DNA of 63,616 nucleotides, counting the filler. It is 8 parts of 8 records of this genome, joined end to end, with 100 filler letters (N's around TTAATTAATTAA, not from the genome) between each part and the next. Parts side by side here need not be neighbours in the genome. Positions count along the whole stretch, not along the records: positions 36,505 to 41,153 come from SRR7504441_1677; positions 41,254 to 49,956 come from SRR7504441_1678; 6 more parts are not named here. One strand, 5' to 3'. Positions 36,405 through 49,002 of the stretch are shown one piece after another. Positions within the stretch are counted from its first letter, which is position 1, and the number at the start of each line of letters is the position of its first letter. A model generated the notes under the pieces. It made no database searches, was not told where the DNA came from, and worked only from the letters and a program-made list of their open reading frames with translations. The position numbers and the translations under genes are program-made.

Positions 36405-36504
36405 NNNNNNNNNNNNNNNNNNNNNNNNNNNNNNNNNNNNNNNNNNNNTTAATTAATTAANNNNNNNNNNNNNNNNNNNNNNNNNNNNNNNNNNNNNNNN
36501 NNNN
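36405..36504. other. Artificial contig spacer
   Basis: N44-TTAATTAATTAA-N44. Confidence 0.98.
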
Positions 36505-39500
36505 TCCGGTGTGATTACTAGTCTTGCGTGCCGCGCTCGGTAGACCTCTTAGCTTGTGCACGCACGCACCCAAACCCCCGTTGTCGACCTTGAAAGCCTC
36601 GTCCTTTGACCCTTTGTCTATACCCGACATACAAAAATTTCTCTTCCAATTGGCTGCGGCAGCGGCGAACAGCGGGTAAATGTGCAGGGATTCACGCAGG
36701 GCCTTTACCCGTCTCACGCGAGCCATGTTGCGGAAACAGGTGGCTTGGTCTTCCACCGTCAACGTTTTGAGAACGCGCACCGCTGCCTCACGCACATCCC
36801 TGACATCATCCAGCTTAGCCTCGAATTGCTCACTCATGTCTATAAGCGCTTCCGGAGAGAGCTTTCTCAGGACATCGACAACGGCTGCCCGCACCCCTGG
36901 ATGGCTGCGCCCGAGCTTCATCACCAGCCGCTCCTTGAGCTCTCCGAGCGCATCTTGCGGCAGCTTACCCAGCGCCTCCACCACCGCCGCCCTTACTCCC
37001 GGGTGGCTGTCCTCGAGCCGGCCTAGCAGCCGCTCTTTGGTGTCAGACAGCGCCTCCACCGAAAGTTGGGCCAAGGTTGCTATCACTGCAGCGCGGATTC
37101 CCGAGTTGCTGTGCTCCAGCTTTGCGATGAGCTGAGGCTTCACCGCATCAAGCACATGGATAGGGAGCTTGCTGAGAGCTTTGCGCACTGCAGCACGCAC
37201 ATTCGTATCGCTATCCTCAAGCCTCTCAACCAACTGGCTCTTGACATCGGCCAAAGCTTCCGCAGGGAGCTTTTCAAGCGCCTCCACTACCGCTCTCCGC
37301 ACACCTTCACACGTAAAGTCAGGCAACAGATCTAGGCAAGGGTCTATGCACCTGAGTGGCTGTGCTCAAGCTTGCTCACCAGCGCTTCCTTGGTCTCAGC
37401 CAGGTCACAGGCTGAAAGCTTGCCCAACGCCTGAGTGGCTCCAAAGCGGACGTCAGAGTCCAAATCGTCCAACCTTGCCACTAGGTGCTCCTTCACCCCA
37501 GCGAGCTCTTCTCCTGTTATCTTTGCAAGCACTTCCACCGCTGCGGCTCTCACGCCTGGACGTGCGTCTTGAAGCTTCGCGGCGAGATCTTCCTTCAGCT
37601 CGGCGAGTGCTTGGACTGGCAACCTCCCGAGCACCTCTGACACTGCTGCTCGAACGCCAGGGTGGCCGTCGCTTTCATCCAGTTTGGCAACTAGCTCTTC
37701 CTTTGTACGGGTCAGAATGACTACAGGTAGCTTGCTCATAGCCTGCACTGCCGCAAAGCGGACGTCCGAGTCTGCATCCAGAAGCTTCTGCATCAGTGGC
37801 TCCTTGAGTTCCGCAAGCTCATCTTCGGGCAGCCTGCCTAGAGCCTCGAGAGACACGATGCGAACATCGGCGTCGCTGTCCTCAAGGCGGCCCAGCAGCT
37901 GCTCCTTGGTGTCAGACAGCGCCTTCACTGAAAACTTGGCCATGGCAGAGATGGCCGAGGCCCGAATTCCCGAGTTGCTGTGCTCCAGTTTCGCCACGAG
38001 CTGAGGCTTCAATGCGTCAAGCACAGGGACAGGAAGCTTGCCTAGGGCAGCAACCACAGCTCGGCGCACCCCTGGGTCGCTGCATTCGAGTTGGGCGATC
38101 ATTTGTTCCCTGAGAGCAGCGAGCGCGTCCGCGCGTAGCCCGCCAAGGACCTCAATCACCGCCACACGAACCCGGGGATGGGAATCTTCGAGTCTGCAAA
38201 CTAGCTCTTGGTTCAAACCAGCTAGCACTTCCGGGGAGAGGCTGCCCAGCGTCTGCACCACAGCTCGGCGCACATCTGAGCTAGTGTCCTCGAGCCGAGC
38301 CACCAGCTGGTCTTGGACTTCAGCGAGGGCCAGCGATGGCAGTAGCTTCAGCAGCTCGGCCACTGCGCGACGCGGTATCGGATGGACATGCTCAAGCTTG
38401 GCTGCAAGCTCCTCTTTCACCTCGGCGAGTGCTTCTGGGGCGAGAACTTCCAGCACGCGTCGTGCCGCCCAGCCCCGCTCGGCGTCAAACGATGTCTTGG
38501 TGTCTTCTAGCGTGCCGACCAAAAGCTGCTTTATATCGGCCAGGCTACTCTGAGGAAGCTTACAGAGGGCCCACACAGCATCTTCTCGCACATCTGGGTC
38601 GCTGTCTTCAAGTCTGCACACGAGCGCTTCCTTCACTTGGTCCAGTACATCGAGTGTCAGGTTGCCCAATCCCTGAATAGACGCTCGCCGGACTCCTGCA
38701 TGGGGTTCTCGCAGTCTCTGTACTAGCTGCTGCACGCTGTTTTCTTTCTGGTTGCGAGCCTCCATCTCGGCAAGTTGTTGTTTGACCGTTTCTGGCAGCT
38801 CCTGCATTCGGAAATCCTGTATTCTCTTGTTCAGCCGATTGAACCCGCCTTCCTTCTGCCGTATCAGATTTACCAACATCGCCTCATCCGGAGGATGTCC
38901 GCATTTTGCCTGGATCGTATGTGCGTAGATCCCAGCACCGTCGAGGCAGTCTTGCGCTTGGGTAAACCCTTGACTGATGAACATCTCTACTCGGCGCTCC
39001 ATTGCTGCTACGTACTCTTCGCTCATTGCAGAGCGAAGCGCTACATCCTCACGGTCCTCGGCCTCGTCCACTTCGTGAACACACCTGCCAGAACTCAGGC
39101 AACCCTTTTCGTGAGCACACCAGAGCCGACCGTAGAGGTCTTCCTTTGAGGTGTGCACAGCCACGATGCCGTAGCCGCCTGAGCCTATTTGTTAGTGCAA
39201 GTCTGTTGACACGAATCTACCGCAGCTGGTAGCGATAGCGTCAGAATTGATTACGGATGCGAACGGCTGCATCTTGAGTTGCTGGCTGATCGAGGGACCG
39301 GCCCCGTCCTCTGCCTGATAACTGCAACACCACACTCAGCAATGCCAGCCTAACTCACTTGCAACTTGGCAAACACGCAAAACCAGACAGGCGTGTCCAG
39401 ACCAATGTTGTACTTATCCACAAATCTTCTCATCGAACGGCAGCACTCGGCCACGTCTTCGCCCCACGCGTGGCTAATCATCATCTTGGCGCGGTCCTCG

Positions 39501-41153
39501 CGCTCCTTGCTGGCCATCACCGCTAGTCCGCATCCAGATCCACTGGTCCACGGAACAACGAAATGGGTATTCATCGCGTACATGCTTAGCCAGTTGGTAT
39601 TGGTGGCCTTCTTTAGGCTCGCGTACTCTGGCGAAGAAAGCATGTGCTCAAGTATCCCAAACCACTCACTCATGGTGAGCGTCCACTGTTCTGGGTCTCT
39701 CCGCTGTCGCTCCCGCATAGCCTCATTCACCTCACCGGTTCCGAGCTCAGCCGGCAATGTCTGATGCCTATCGCTAGCTTCCACCCGTTCGCCGTACAAG
39801 GCTGAGCTGTCTGGATCCAGCTGCTCCAGTTTTGCGAGCTCGGACATGAAACTAGTTTTGGCCAGCTTGACCACCTGGTCTTTAAGCTTCGAATCCGGGT
39901 CTTGGTGATGGTTGAGCATCAGACCCATCTGCCGTGTGGCTCAGCCCAGCCGCGCAACAGACGGCCTACTCACTCTGTAGCCCCGCTGGAGGAAGCTGCC
40001 ACACAAGATCTGCTGGCCCTCGCTAAAGCCTGGCTGCTCGGTTGAAACGCCGATTATGTTGTGATCTACCCCATCCACCCGGTGCTCTACCGGGGTATAA
40101 AGCAGCCTCCGGACCAGAGGCACCGCCGCCAGCAGCGCGAGGGAGTCGTACATCTGGAAGGATGCGATCAGGTCCCAGATTGAGTCAGCACTCGATCGAT
40201 CATTGAGTTGCGCCGAGTCGTTGCAGAAGGTTTTCTTGAACCACGCGCGGTCGCACCGGGTCGGCAGCCCGTTCCTGGCCTGGCCCGCGCTGTTCACCCG
40301 CCGCCAGACCTCTTGGATGCTCCCCTTCTGCGCGGCCCGCAGTCGGCGGCCGATCTCCGACCCGATTGAGGCCAGCTGGTCATAAATCTGGCGGGGGACA
40401 GGGCAGGCATACGCCGCGCTCCGGGATAGAATCACCAACGGAACCCACAGCTGCTGGCACCGCCGGTAGAAATACTCGGCTGAGGCAGAATCAAACTGGT
40501 TATTGTGAGCTGTGTCTGGTTGGAGCAGCTGGCCCGGCTGTGGGCTGTGCACGCCGCCCATGATTACGACCTCTTTGATCTTCTGCTGGAAAAGCAGCTC
40601 GTTCTCTCTCAGCAGCAGCGCCGCGTCCTTGATCGACGAGATGAGCAGCAGCGTCAGGCTCCGGTCCGGTGACTGACTGAGCGCCCTGCCCCGCCCTGTC
40701 ACCGACCTTCCAGCAGGCCAGGCTACCTGTGCAGTAGACTTGGGCCGGCTTCAATGGTCAGCGACCGCACTGACGGGTCCTGCGGCATATACGGCGCCGT
40801 CTCCGAGAATGTGTCCGTGTAGGCTCCGTCGGAGTCGCCCCCATCGGTGCCCTCGGCCACCGGAACTTCGCACATGCCCAAAAGGTCGAGCGTGCCACGT
40901 GCCAGCAGCGCCCGTCGGCGGGCCGGGTGCAAGTTGGCGACGACCGCCTCGACCTGCACCAGCCCGAGCTCTTTCAGCCAGCGGAGCAGGATCATGGCCA
41001 TCTCGTCATCCAGGTCTTGCCCGGGGTCGGTGATGATCGCCAGCCGGGTCACTGCCAGCTTGGTGCCTTCGGGCGGCTCGAGTTGGTCCAGTTGCTCTTC
41101 GGCTTGCAGCTCCTCGAGCAGCCGGTCCAGCCAGTCCCCCCTTGGCTCCATAC
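36505..41153 (-). CDS. Nucleoside-hydrolase-like + HET/TIR-like + HEAT-repeat fusion protein (both ends partial, multi-exon)
   Basis: NH fold: IITDPGQDLDDEMA, VVIMGG, AHNNQFD, MYDSLA. Phase-0 intron 39929-39973 joins this to ISHAWGE...WFCVFA|NYQ...RLWC.HE. HEAT repeats follow. Confidence 0.8.
36750..38750 (-). repeat. HEAT/PBS-lyase-like repeat array, about 15-16 units of about 38 aa
   Basis: Repeating LE(D/H)S(D/H)xxVRxAxxxxLxKL; near-identical DNA copies, e.g. the LEHSNSGIRA unit at about 37090-37140 and 37960-38010. Confidence 0.9.
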
Positions 41154-41253
41154 NNNNNNNNNNNNNNNNNNNNNNNNNNNNNNNNNNNNNNNNNNNNTTA
41201 ATTAATTAANNNNNNNNNNNNNNNNNNNNNNNNNNNNNNNNNNNNNNNNNNNN
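41154..41253. other. Artificial contig spacer
   Basis: N44-TTAATTAATTAA-N44. Confidence 0.98.
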
Positions 41254-41264
41254 AGCTCGGGGGG

Positions 41265-41899
41265 TCAGGTCAAACCGCGGATCATGTCTACGCATTGCAG
41301 CACCTCCGCCAAACAGAACTCCGGCTCCTCGCGGCTGGTGTAGCTCAGTGGCAGGCTGGGCAGCGTGCCGGTGCTCGGCTCGGCGGCAGTCAAACTGTCC
41401 AGCACCGCCAAGGCCTCCGGCGACCCGAGCGCCGACCGGTGGCTCGGGCTCGGATCCGGGGCCGCCAGTTGGGCGCAGAGCTGCTTCCAGTGCTCGACCT
41501 CCTGCCAGGCCGCCTCCAGGCTCTGCTCGAGCACCCCGAGCACCGCCCCGCCCGCCTCGCCGATCCCGAGCTCCTGCTCCTGCTCGGCGGCCATCAGCTG
41601 CGACCGAAGCAGTGCCCGGTCGGCCAGGTGCCGCCGCCGCTCCAGATCCAGCTCGGCTTCCAGCTCCGGCTCGCGCGAGCGCTGTAGCTCGGCCTCGAGC
41701 TCGGCCACCCTGTTGGCCAGCCGCTCCTGCTCGGCCATCCCCTCCACAGAGCGAGCGAGCAGCCCAAGCAACGAGCTGACAGCCGCACCCGTCAGCCAGC
41801 GCGCGTGCTATCCGGCCACCGGCGCAGCTGGGGCGGGTTGACCAGGTTGACCGCCGTTCTGGCCGCCTCGAACTCAGCCGCTCGTTCCTCCGGGCTCAT
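41265..41899 (-). CDS. Hypothetical coiled-coil protein
   Basis: ORF 41265-41771 plus a probable first exon MSPEERAAEFEAAR starting at 41899. Confidence 0.5.
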
Positions 41900-41943
41900 C
41901 TCAGCAGCATTCCTCGACGAGACCTCCAACGGCTTCTCGAACA

Positions 41944-43802
41944 ATGCAGGTGGGGGGCTTTGGGCTTCTGCTTGCGCTGCTGCTGTGCTGCCGCCTCGGG
42001 AGCGGCGCGAATACAACGGGCGCCGAGCCACAAGCTGCCAGCCCCATTCGTCCGCACATCCTGATGGTGGTGGCCGACGACTGTGCGCGCCGGTCGGAGC
42101 GCATGCCTGAGATGTGCGTGTGCCGCAGTGGGCTATAACGATGTGGGCTGGCACTCGACCGGCCGGACCCAGGTGCCCACCCCGCATCTGGACGCGCTGG
42201 CCAAGGCCGGAGTGGTGCTCCGGAACTACTATGGTGCGCTGGGCGTGGCCGCGGCTGACGGTTTGGCAGTGCAGCCGGTGTGCTCGCCCACACGTTCGTG
42301 CCTGCTCACCGGCCGGCACGTGATCCACACCGGGATCTACGACCCAGACTGCGGCCAAGGCACCACCTACGCCGTGCCCACCCAGTTTAGCATGCTGCCC
42401 GAGCAACTCAAGCCGCTCGGGTACCGGACCGCCGCCATCGGAAAGTGGTCCGCCGCCCCACGCCGTGCCCTTGCCATCACCAACTTCCCAGGCACCTCGG
42501 ATACTTTTCGCAGTCGGTGCTCCCGACCGGCCGTGGGTTTGACAGCTTCTTCGGGTACTACGGCGGGGCGGAGGACTACAGCAGCCATGCGGTGAGCGGG
42601 TACCTCGACCTTCACGACGATCACAACCGCTCGTGCCGGCCGGCGTTTGGGTACGACGGCCAGTACAGCACCGAGCTGTACGCGCGCAAGGCCGTCGAGC
42701 TGATCGGGCGGCACCAGTCGAGCCAGAGCCCCCTCTTCCTGTATCTGGCCTTCCAGGCGATCCACTCGCCGGACCAAGCGCCCCGGAGGTACATCGACCA
42801 GTTCAACCGCACAATCCCCAACCAGCACCGCCGGACGGTAGCCGGGATGATCTCCGCGCTCGACCAGGCGGTCGGCAACGTAACCGGAGCGCTGCAAGCC
42901 GCGGGGATGATGGACACAACCACTATCGTTTTCACAACCGACAATGGTGCTGTGCTGGCCTGCACTTAGCCCACGGCTGTGCCCAGGCGGGCCGGCCGAG
43001 GGATTCAACTCGAACATGGCCTCCAACTGGCCGCTCCGTGGGATGAAGCGCACGCTCTGGGAGGGGGTCCGGCTCGCACGAGCTGGCTGACTCGGGGCAG
43101 GGCGTGAGGGCCAGCGGGTTTGTGACAGGCGCCGGGGTCAAGCCCGGGGTGTCGGATGCGCTGCTGCACGCGGTCGACCTGCCGGTCTCGCTGCTCTCGC
43201 TGGCCTCCAATGGACTCAACAGCACCGGCTGGGTTAGCCCGCAGTTTGAGCCGCCGCTCGAGCTCGGGGACGGGCTGGACGCCTGGCGCACGCTGGCGGA
43301 GGCCAAGCCGAGCCCGCGGACCGAGCTGATCCACGAGGCGCATCCAGCCGGACGCGAGGACGGGAATGGGCAGGCGATCCGGGTGGGAGACTTCAAGCTG
43401 ATACTCGAGAAAGGGCCTGAGTGGCACGGGCCTCCTAATGGTGTGCCTGCCGGCTAGAGACTGGCCGAGCCGGGGGCAGACGGCTGGTACGATAGCTTCT
43501 CTCAGCCCCAAAAGTACACTCACACGATCGAGTGCGGACCGCCGCCAGCAGCGAGCGCTGTGGACTATTGCCATCCGGACCGGCTCCCGTGCTTGTTTGA
43601 CATCAAGACCGACCCGTGCGAGTATCGCGACCTGTCCAAGACAATGCCCGGCAAGCTGAAAGAGCTTATGGCCCGGCTGGCCGAGTATCAGAAGAGCGCA
43701 GTGCCGGTTGGGTTTCACAAGCTGAATGGGACTGGATGCACCAACCCGGATCCAGCCAAGCACCCCGAGTGGAACCGGACGTGGATGCCATTCTGTGATT
43801 GA
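41944..43802 (+). CDS. Secreted arylsulfatase B-like sulfatase (S1 family), multi-exon
   Basis: Signal peptide; PHILMVVADD, TPHLDALA, formylglycine motif CSPTRSCLLTGR, IGKW|HLG, PLFLYLAFQAIHSP, FTTDNG. Confidence 0.92.
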
Positions 43803-43988
43803 ACCAAACTCGAGAGAGACAGTAGCTACGAGCAATTACTCATGGCAACGAATTGCATGTACATGAATGATTCGAATTCAGAAATAAAGAGAATCGAGCT
43901 GGAATCGAGTTAGAATCGAGTATGCACAGTCGGTACCTACCGTACCAAACCCATACTAAGCTAAAGCCATCTTATAAAGTTCGTTAGA

Positions 43989-44885
43989 TTAGTTGAAAGA
44001 CAAGAGCACGCAGTTCTCCACTAGGTCAAAGCTCTTTGCTGGGTATCTCTGTGTGATGGTGTGTGACGCGCACGGCCAAGTCCACTGTCGAGACCTGACC
44101 CCGCCCTGACCACTTCGCCGTTGATCGTCAGCAGTCACCTCCTCGGGAACTAGCCCGTACTGCTCCATATCAGCTGTCTTGGAGGGCGCGGCCTCTTCGG
44201 GACTTAGCCCGTATCGCTGCCGCAACATCAGATCTGCCAGCCAGTTGCGGTGCCTGCGCAGCTACGTGCAAATGGAATGTGCGTTCCTTCCTGTCGGTGG
44301 GCTTGACCTTTAGCTGGGCCACAGATCAGCCAACCAGGTCGGGCGCCGACTCCGAGAGGGCAGGAACAATATAATGATAGGGGCTTTCCACCTTGGCGTG
44401 CAGTTCAAATCTGTCAAACAGCTCGGAGCCCGCCTCGCTTGTCAGCCTCAGCGCGTGCTCGGCTGGCTCGGCCGGGTGGTGGATTCCGTACCTAGATTGG
44501 AGTCGGTCCGGCGGCTGGGCTGCCGGGCTGCCTGCTGATCTGATAGCCCACCCGCTGGCGCTGCTGCTCCGAGTCGTAGACGGCTACCGTGACCTCGCCC
44601 TGCCGGCCGCTGAGCAGCCACCAGCCGCCCGACACCCGGCAGTGCTCGTTCTCGCAGGGCGACCAGCTCCTTACCCGGCCGGTCAGCCGGACGTGCAGCT
44701 GACTGGGGTCGGCCGAGTAGCGCACCTCAGCCGCGCTGGCCCGGGCCGTCCGGCTCAGCTGGGGGCGGGGGGTGCCTGGTGAGCAGCGCGGTGCTGTTGT
44801 CCACCAGCCTGAACTCGGCCGGCGCCCACTCGCCCAGAGTGCCCGCCGCCAGCAGCGCCAGCCCAAGCCACAAGGCCATCGGCAT
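43989..44885 (-). CDS. Hypothetical secreted protein (multi-exon)
   Basis: MPMALWLGLALLAAGTLG signal-like start; ORF pieces 44492-44866 and 43989-44228. Confidence 0.45.
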
Positions 44886-44951
44886 GTCTGGGTCTCTCAG
44901 GCTTTTCGTACCGCGTTTGGGATTCGGCCCAAGGCACGATTCCGCACGCAG

Positions 44952-46676
44952 ATGCTCGCACCCAAGGGCACGGCTTATCGGCCCTGGCACAGTGCGCGGG
45001 GCCGGCTGGCCGGGCTGGCCGGCTGCCTGCTGCTCATTGGGGCCGTGCTCACCTGGCGGCTGGGCAAGCCGGCTGGCCAAGCCGGACAGGGGCCGGTGGT
45101 GGGGCAAGATGTTTGGCGCTTGCTCACTCCGCTCGGCGGGTTGCCCCCGGCCGTCAGAGCGCCCCCGGTGGGCGGGCTGCTAGCCGCCAGCCAGCCGCGC
45201 CCGCGCGATCTGATGCAGATCTACCAGAGCGCCAGTCCGGCCGTGAGGGAGCGGGCGCACAAGGCGTCGGTGACGGTGATCGTGAGCTGCTTCATCCGGC
45301 CCGACGGGATCGGCGAGATCCTGAGCCACTGGCTGGAGCAGAGCGCCAACGTGGAGAGGGTGCTGGTCTACCTGAGCGGGTCGCCAGTGCGGGAGCAGTA
45401 CCTGGCCGTGCTGGGGCCGATCATGGCCGCCCAGCCCAGGGTGGAGCTGTTTGAATCAGGGCTCAACCTCGGGTACTTTGGCCGGCTGCAGCTCGGGATA
45501 CAGATCTTCACAGAGTTTGTGGTGTTCACGGACGACGACATCGTGCAGGGCAAGCACGCGCTGGCCGGGCTGATCACAGGCTTCTACGGCGAGTACAAGG
45601 GGCTGCTCGGGGTGAGGGGCTGCAACTATGTTTGCGAGAACGACAAGTCCCCCGGGCTGTTCAAGCGCTTTGTGACTGGGCCCGATCCAACCAAGCCCGG
45701 CCAGCCCAGCCCGCTCGCCCAGTCCGACATCCGGTCATGCTCGCAGAAGCCAGCACGCTCGCATCTGTGGCCGCCGTCGGGCTCCGAAGTGGACACGCTG
45801 TTCTCATTCTGGCTGATGCCGAGCGAGTGGGTGCGCACCTTGTTCATGGAGCCGCCGCCGACCTACCGGACTGCCGAGGACATGCACATCTCGTTTATGG
45901 TCCGCAAGTACCTCGGCCGACCCACCTACATGCTCAATGGCCCACCTGGCGTTGAGACCGCCAACAGCCGCCGGTTGGAGTACCCGGCTAGCACAGTGGA
46001 CTTTCAGGGCAACCTGCGCGAGGACATAGGATTCAGGAACCGGAGCTGGGTGGACGACGGGATGCACAAGCAGGCCGACCCAACCCAGGCGGCCAAGGCC
46101 AAGGTGCTCCTCCCTCAGCTGCAGCAGGCGCTGGCCGGCCCGATACAGGACAAGGTGGCCGACAGAAAGTACAACTGGGAGCGCGACCAAGTGCTGCTGC
46201 TGCTGGCCGAGCGGGGCAACAGCATGAGCAGGATCCGGCTCAAGCGGGAAGGTTGGGCTCATCCTGCCAGGGCGATAGTGCTGTACGGCGCGAGCGACCT
46301 GGTCCCAGGCACAAGACTCAAGCTGGACCTGGCCAGGGCCGACCCGCACACCTCGATCCTGATAGTGTGCCACCAGCCGGCCTGCTTGGAGTACAAGCAG
46401 TTGGCCGAGCAAGACTGGTGGCTCGGGCAGATGCTGTTTGGGTCACACAAAGCGCTGCTCGAGAGCAAGCTCTACCGACTGCAACCGCCCACCGACCATG
46501 CAGCCATCTTCTTTTCGCGGCTGCTGCTGGACATGTCTACCGTACTCGGCACGCTGCGAGTGAGCAAACTCTATTCCAACGCCAAATCAATGCACAGCTC
46601 CGAGAAGGCTATCGGCAATTTTGTGGCCGAAATGCACGGGATTGAGTCGGTCGCACTCAACGAGTTCACTGCCTAG
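44952..46676 (+). CDS. Type II membrane glycosyltransferase, GT-A fold (GT2-like), apparently intronless
   Basis: N-terminal TM; VTVIVSCFIRP, YFGRLQLG, DxD motif FTDDDI, EDMHISF; ATG at 44952. Confidence 0.8.
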   Translation: MLAPKGTAYRPWHSARGRLAGLAGCLLLIGAVLTWRLGKPAGQAGQGPVVGQDVWRLLTPLGGLPPAVRAPPVGGLLAASQPRPRDLMQIYQSASPAVRERAHKASVTVIVSCFIRPDGIGEILSHWLEQSANVERVLVYLSGSPVREQYLAVLGPIMAAQPRVELFESGLNLGYFGRLQLGIQIFTEFVVFTDDDIVQGKHALAGLITGFYGEYKGLLGVRGCNYVCENDKSPGLFKRFVTGPDPTKPGQPSPLAQSDIRSCSQKPARSHLWPPSGSEVDTLFSFWLMPSEWVRTLFMEPPPTYRTAEDMHISFMVRKYLGRPTYMLNGPPGVETANSRRLEYPASTVDFQGNLREDIGFRNRSWVDDGMHKQADPTQAAKAKVLLPQLQQALAGPIQDKVADRKYNWERDQVLLLLAERGNSMSRIRLKREGWAHPARAIVLYGASDLVPGTRLKLDLARADPHTSILIVCHQPACLEYKQLAEQDWWLGQMLFGSHKALLESKLYRLQPPTDHAAIFFSRLLLDMSTVLGTLRVSKLYSNAKSMHSSEKAIGNFVAEMHGIESVALNEFTA

Positions 46677-46891
46677 CTACTGCCTAGCCGGGCCCCGCCG
46701 ATCTAGATACCTGCGACAAGCTCGGTACTGCCGCCTTAATAACAAAGTAATAATAAAGAGTTGCATTGTTTTAAATTGTTTTAAGTACAAAAAAGACCGG
46801 TCAAGGTAAGCGCTCGAATTTGGGATACAAAAGGTCTTCTACTCAGATAACGTACGCTGGTCAAATGAATAAACAGGTGCATGTGCGGAGA

Positions 46892-48913
46892 TCAGTGAGC
46901 TACATCCTGGGTAGACAGCACAGCGCTATCGTAATTGACGTAAGTCTTGTCATTGACGGTGCGGGCCTCGTTGAAGTTCTCCGAGTAGTAGCCCCAGGCG
47001 CCCATCCCTGCCTGCTCGGCGTTCTGCTGCTTCTGGTCCCACAGCTCCTTCTTCTCCTCCTGGCCAAAGTCGTGCTGGGCAACAGAGTTCTTCTGGATGG
47101 CGGCCTGTTCGTACCTATCGTACGCGCTCCCGCCCGCTGGCTCCTGCTCCAAATCCTCAGAGCAAGGGCTGGGCAGCGGCTCACCTCGACCGGAGCTGGC
47201 AGTGGAGGCGATGGGTCCACCGTGCTGCCTTCGGGTACTGTCCATGCGGATTCGCCGGTCTCGCGGCTGACATAGTATTGATGGCCTTCCAACGTGATGT
47301 GTGTCACCCAGGTGCCTTGCCCTGGCTGCAGCCCACTGCCCGGCTCTTCAGCACCGTCGCCATCCATCCCATTCAGAATGGCATTCAGCCGGTCCTCGCT
47401 CGCTGCGGTCTCGAGCACGCGCTGCACACCCTCCAGCTCAATGATTGGTCTGAGCGCCCGCTCACCTCCGATTCGGCCTGTCGTGCTTCATTGAGTGCCA
47501 CGGCCTGCTTCTGTGCAACCTGACCGGCCAGTCAGGCTGCAGCTAGCAGCGCGCTCACCTCCTGCGCCTCGATGGCCTCCTTGGTCATCGGGAACTGTCC
47601 GTCTGTATTCGGGTAAGCATCGCTCCCCCCGAGTTGGCCCTCTTTGCACACTCGCTTCTCCGGTGGCAGCTGGTAGTCGACAGGGTAGTCGAACGGGGCT
47701 TGGACTAGGCTAACGCCGGCGGCCTCCACCATGTCGAGCGCCTCGCTGAACCGCTCGCGCTTGTTCCGCTCGATCGCCTTTGGGTTAGGGTCGTCGTGTG
47801 CCCTGCGCCGCCGTAAGCCGAGCTGTGCAGATTGCACACCATCGGACGTTCAGGATCTCGTCGTCGTCCAGCGGCTGCTCCATCATCGCCTCGCGCGCAA
47901 ACTCGGCGTTCATGCGGTAGTAGTATCGTACGAACGCGATCTGCTTCTTCTCCACCACGCGATACTCCTGGACTGCACCGACAACTCAGTCCAGCCTGGC
48001 ACACTGCCGGCGCACTGTCGCCCCACTCGGAAAAGTGGCGGTAGATCTGCTCCTCCAGCTCGTTCTTGGGCAGCGGCTTGATGCGGCCTATGTAGAGCGT
48101 GCGAGACTCGCGCACAAAGTTCCCCACACCCATCATATCCTCGCGGTCTGTCGCATGCCGCTCACGCCCAAAGCAGTCGTGCAGCTTCCCGATCCGCTTC
48201 TCGTCGGCCGGGGTGGGCAGACGGTGGTGGTATGTGCAGTCCTTGCCCTGCACTGCTGCTCAGCTGGGTCTGCTGCCCTCTCGCAGCACCTTGGCACAGA
48301 GTCCGCGAGCAAAGTGCAGGCAAAGGAAGCCTTTGGCCCGGGTGTCGGCCAAGGTCTTGCCCGCATCAGTGCAGATGCAGCATCGCCCGTTCGCCCTGCC
48401 CGGCCGGCTGACCGGATGGCCAGCGGTTGGTGCACCTCTCCTCGCCCCGCTGGTGCATCCTATCGCCTTCGTACTTGCCGTACCAGATGTTGTATTCGGT
48501 GCTGTGCTCGGCCGCCTGCAGCCGGTGCGCCTCGATGTGGTCCTTCTGCTTGGGCGCCCTGCACGCGCTCATTGCCTGCGGCCGTGGCCGGCGTACCATC
48601 GAGTGGTCCAGTCCTCCCGGGCCAAAGGCTGGGCCGGTCGGGCGTTAAACGCGTCGCCACCGGCCATGGTCCCCTCGAGATCCTCCGAGGCCGCCGGCCG
48701 CACATACCCTTGTGGGAAGCTGAGCCCGTGCTTGTGTGCGGTGGGTTGGCCGGGCGGCTTCTGGTCGGCCGCCTCCTGCCACTGCTGCTCGGCGGCCATC
48801 ATCCTCAGCTCGCCCCGGTGTTGAGGCATCTGATCGTCCAACTCGCCCGGGCCCATTCCGGCTGCCCGAAACCCGCCGGGCGCCGCTTGCCCCGGGTTTT
48901 TGATCTGGCTCAT
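46892..48913 (-). CDS. CWC2: Pre-mRNA splicing factor Cwc2 (Torus/CCCH + RRM) with C-terminal WW domain
   Basis: EYNIWYGKY, CLHFARG.C, CTYHHRLP, DCFGRERH.TDREDMMGVG.F, TLYIGRI, HFSEWG. Confidence 0.88.
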
Positions 48914-49002
48914 TGTGTCGACGACCCCCTTAGACGTGCGCCGGGGAAGCCAAGGCCGCTGTGCTGTCCGTTGCCGACCCGAGGGAGCTGCTCGACAGGA
49001 CC

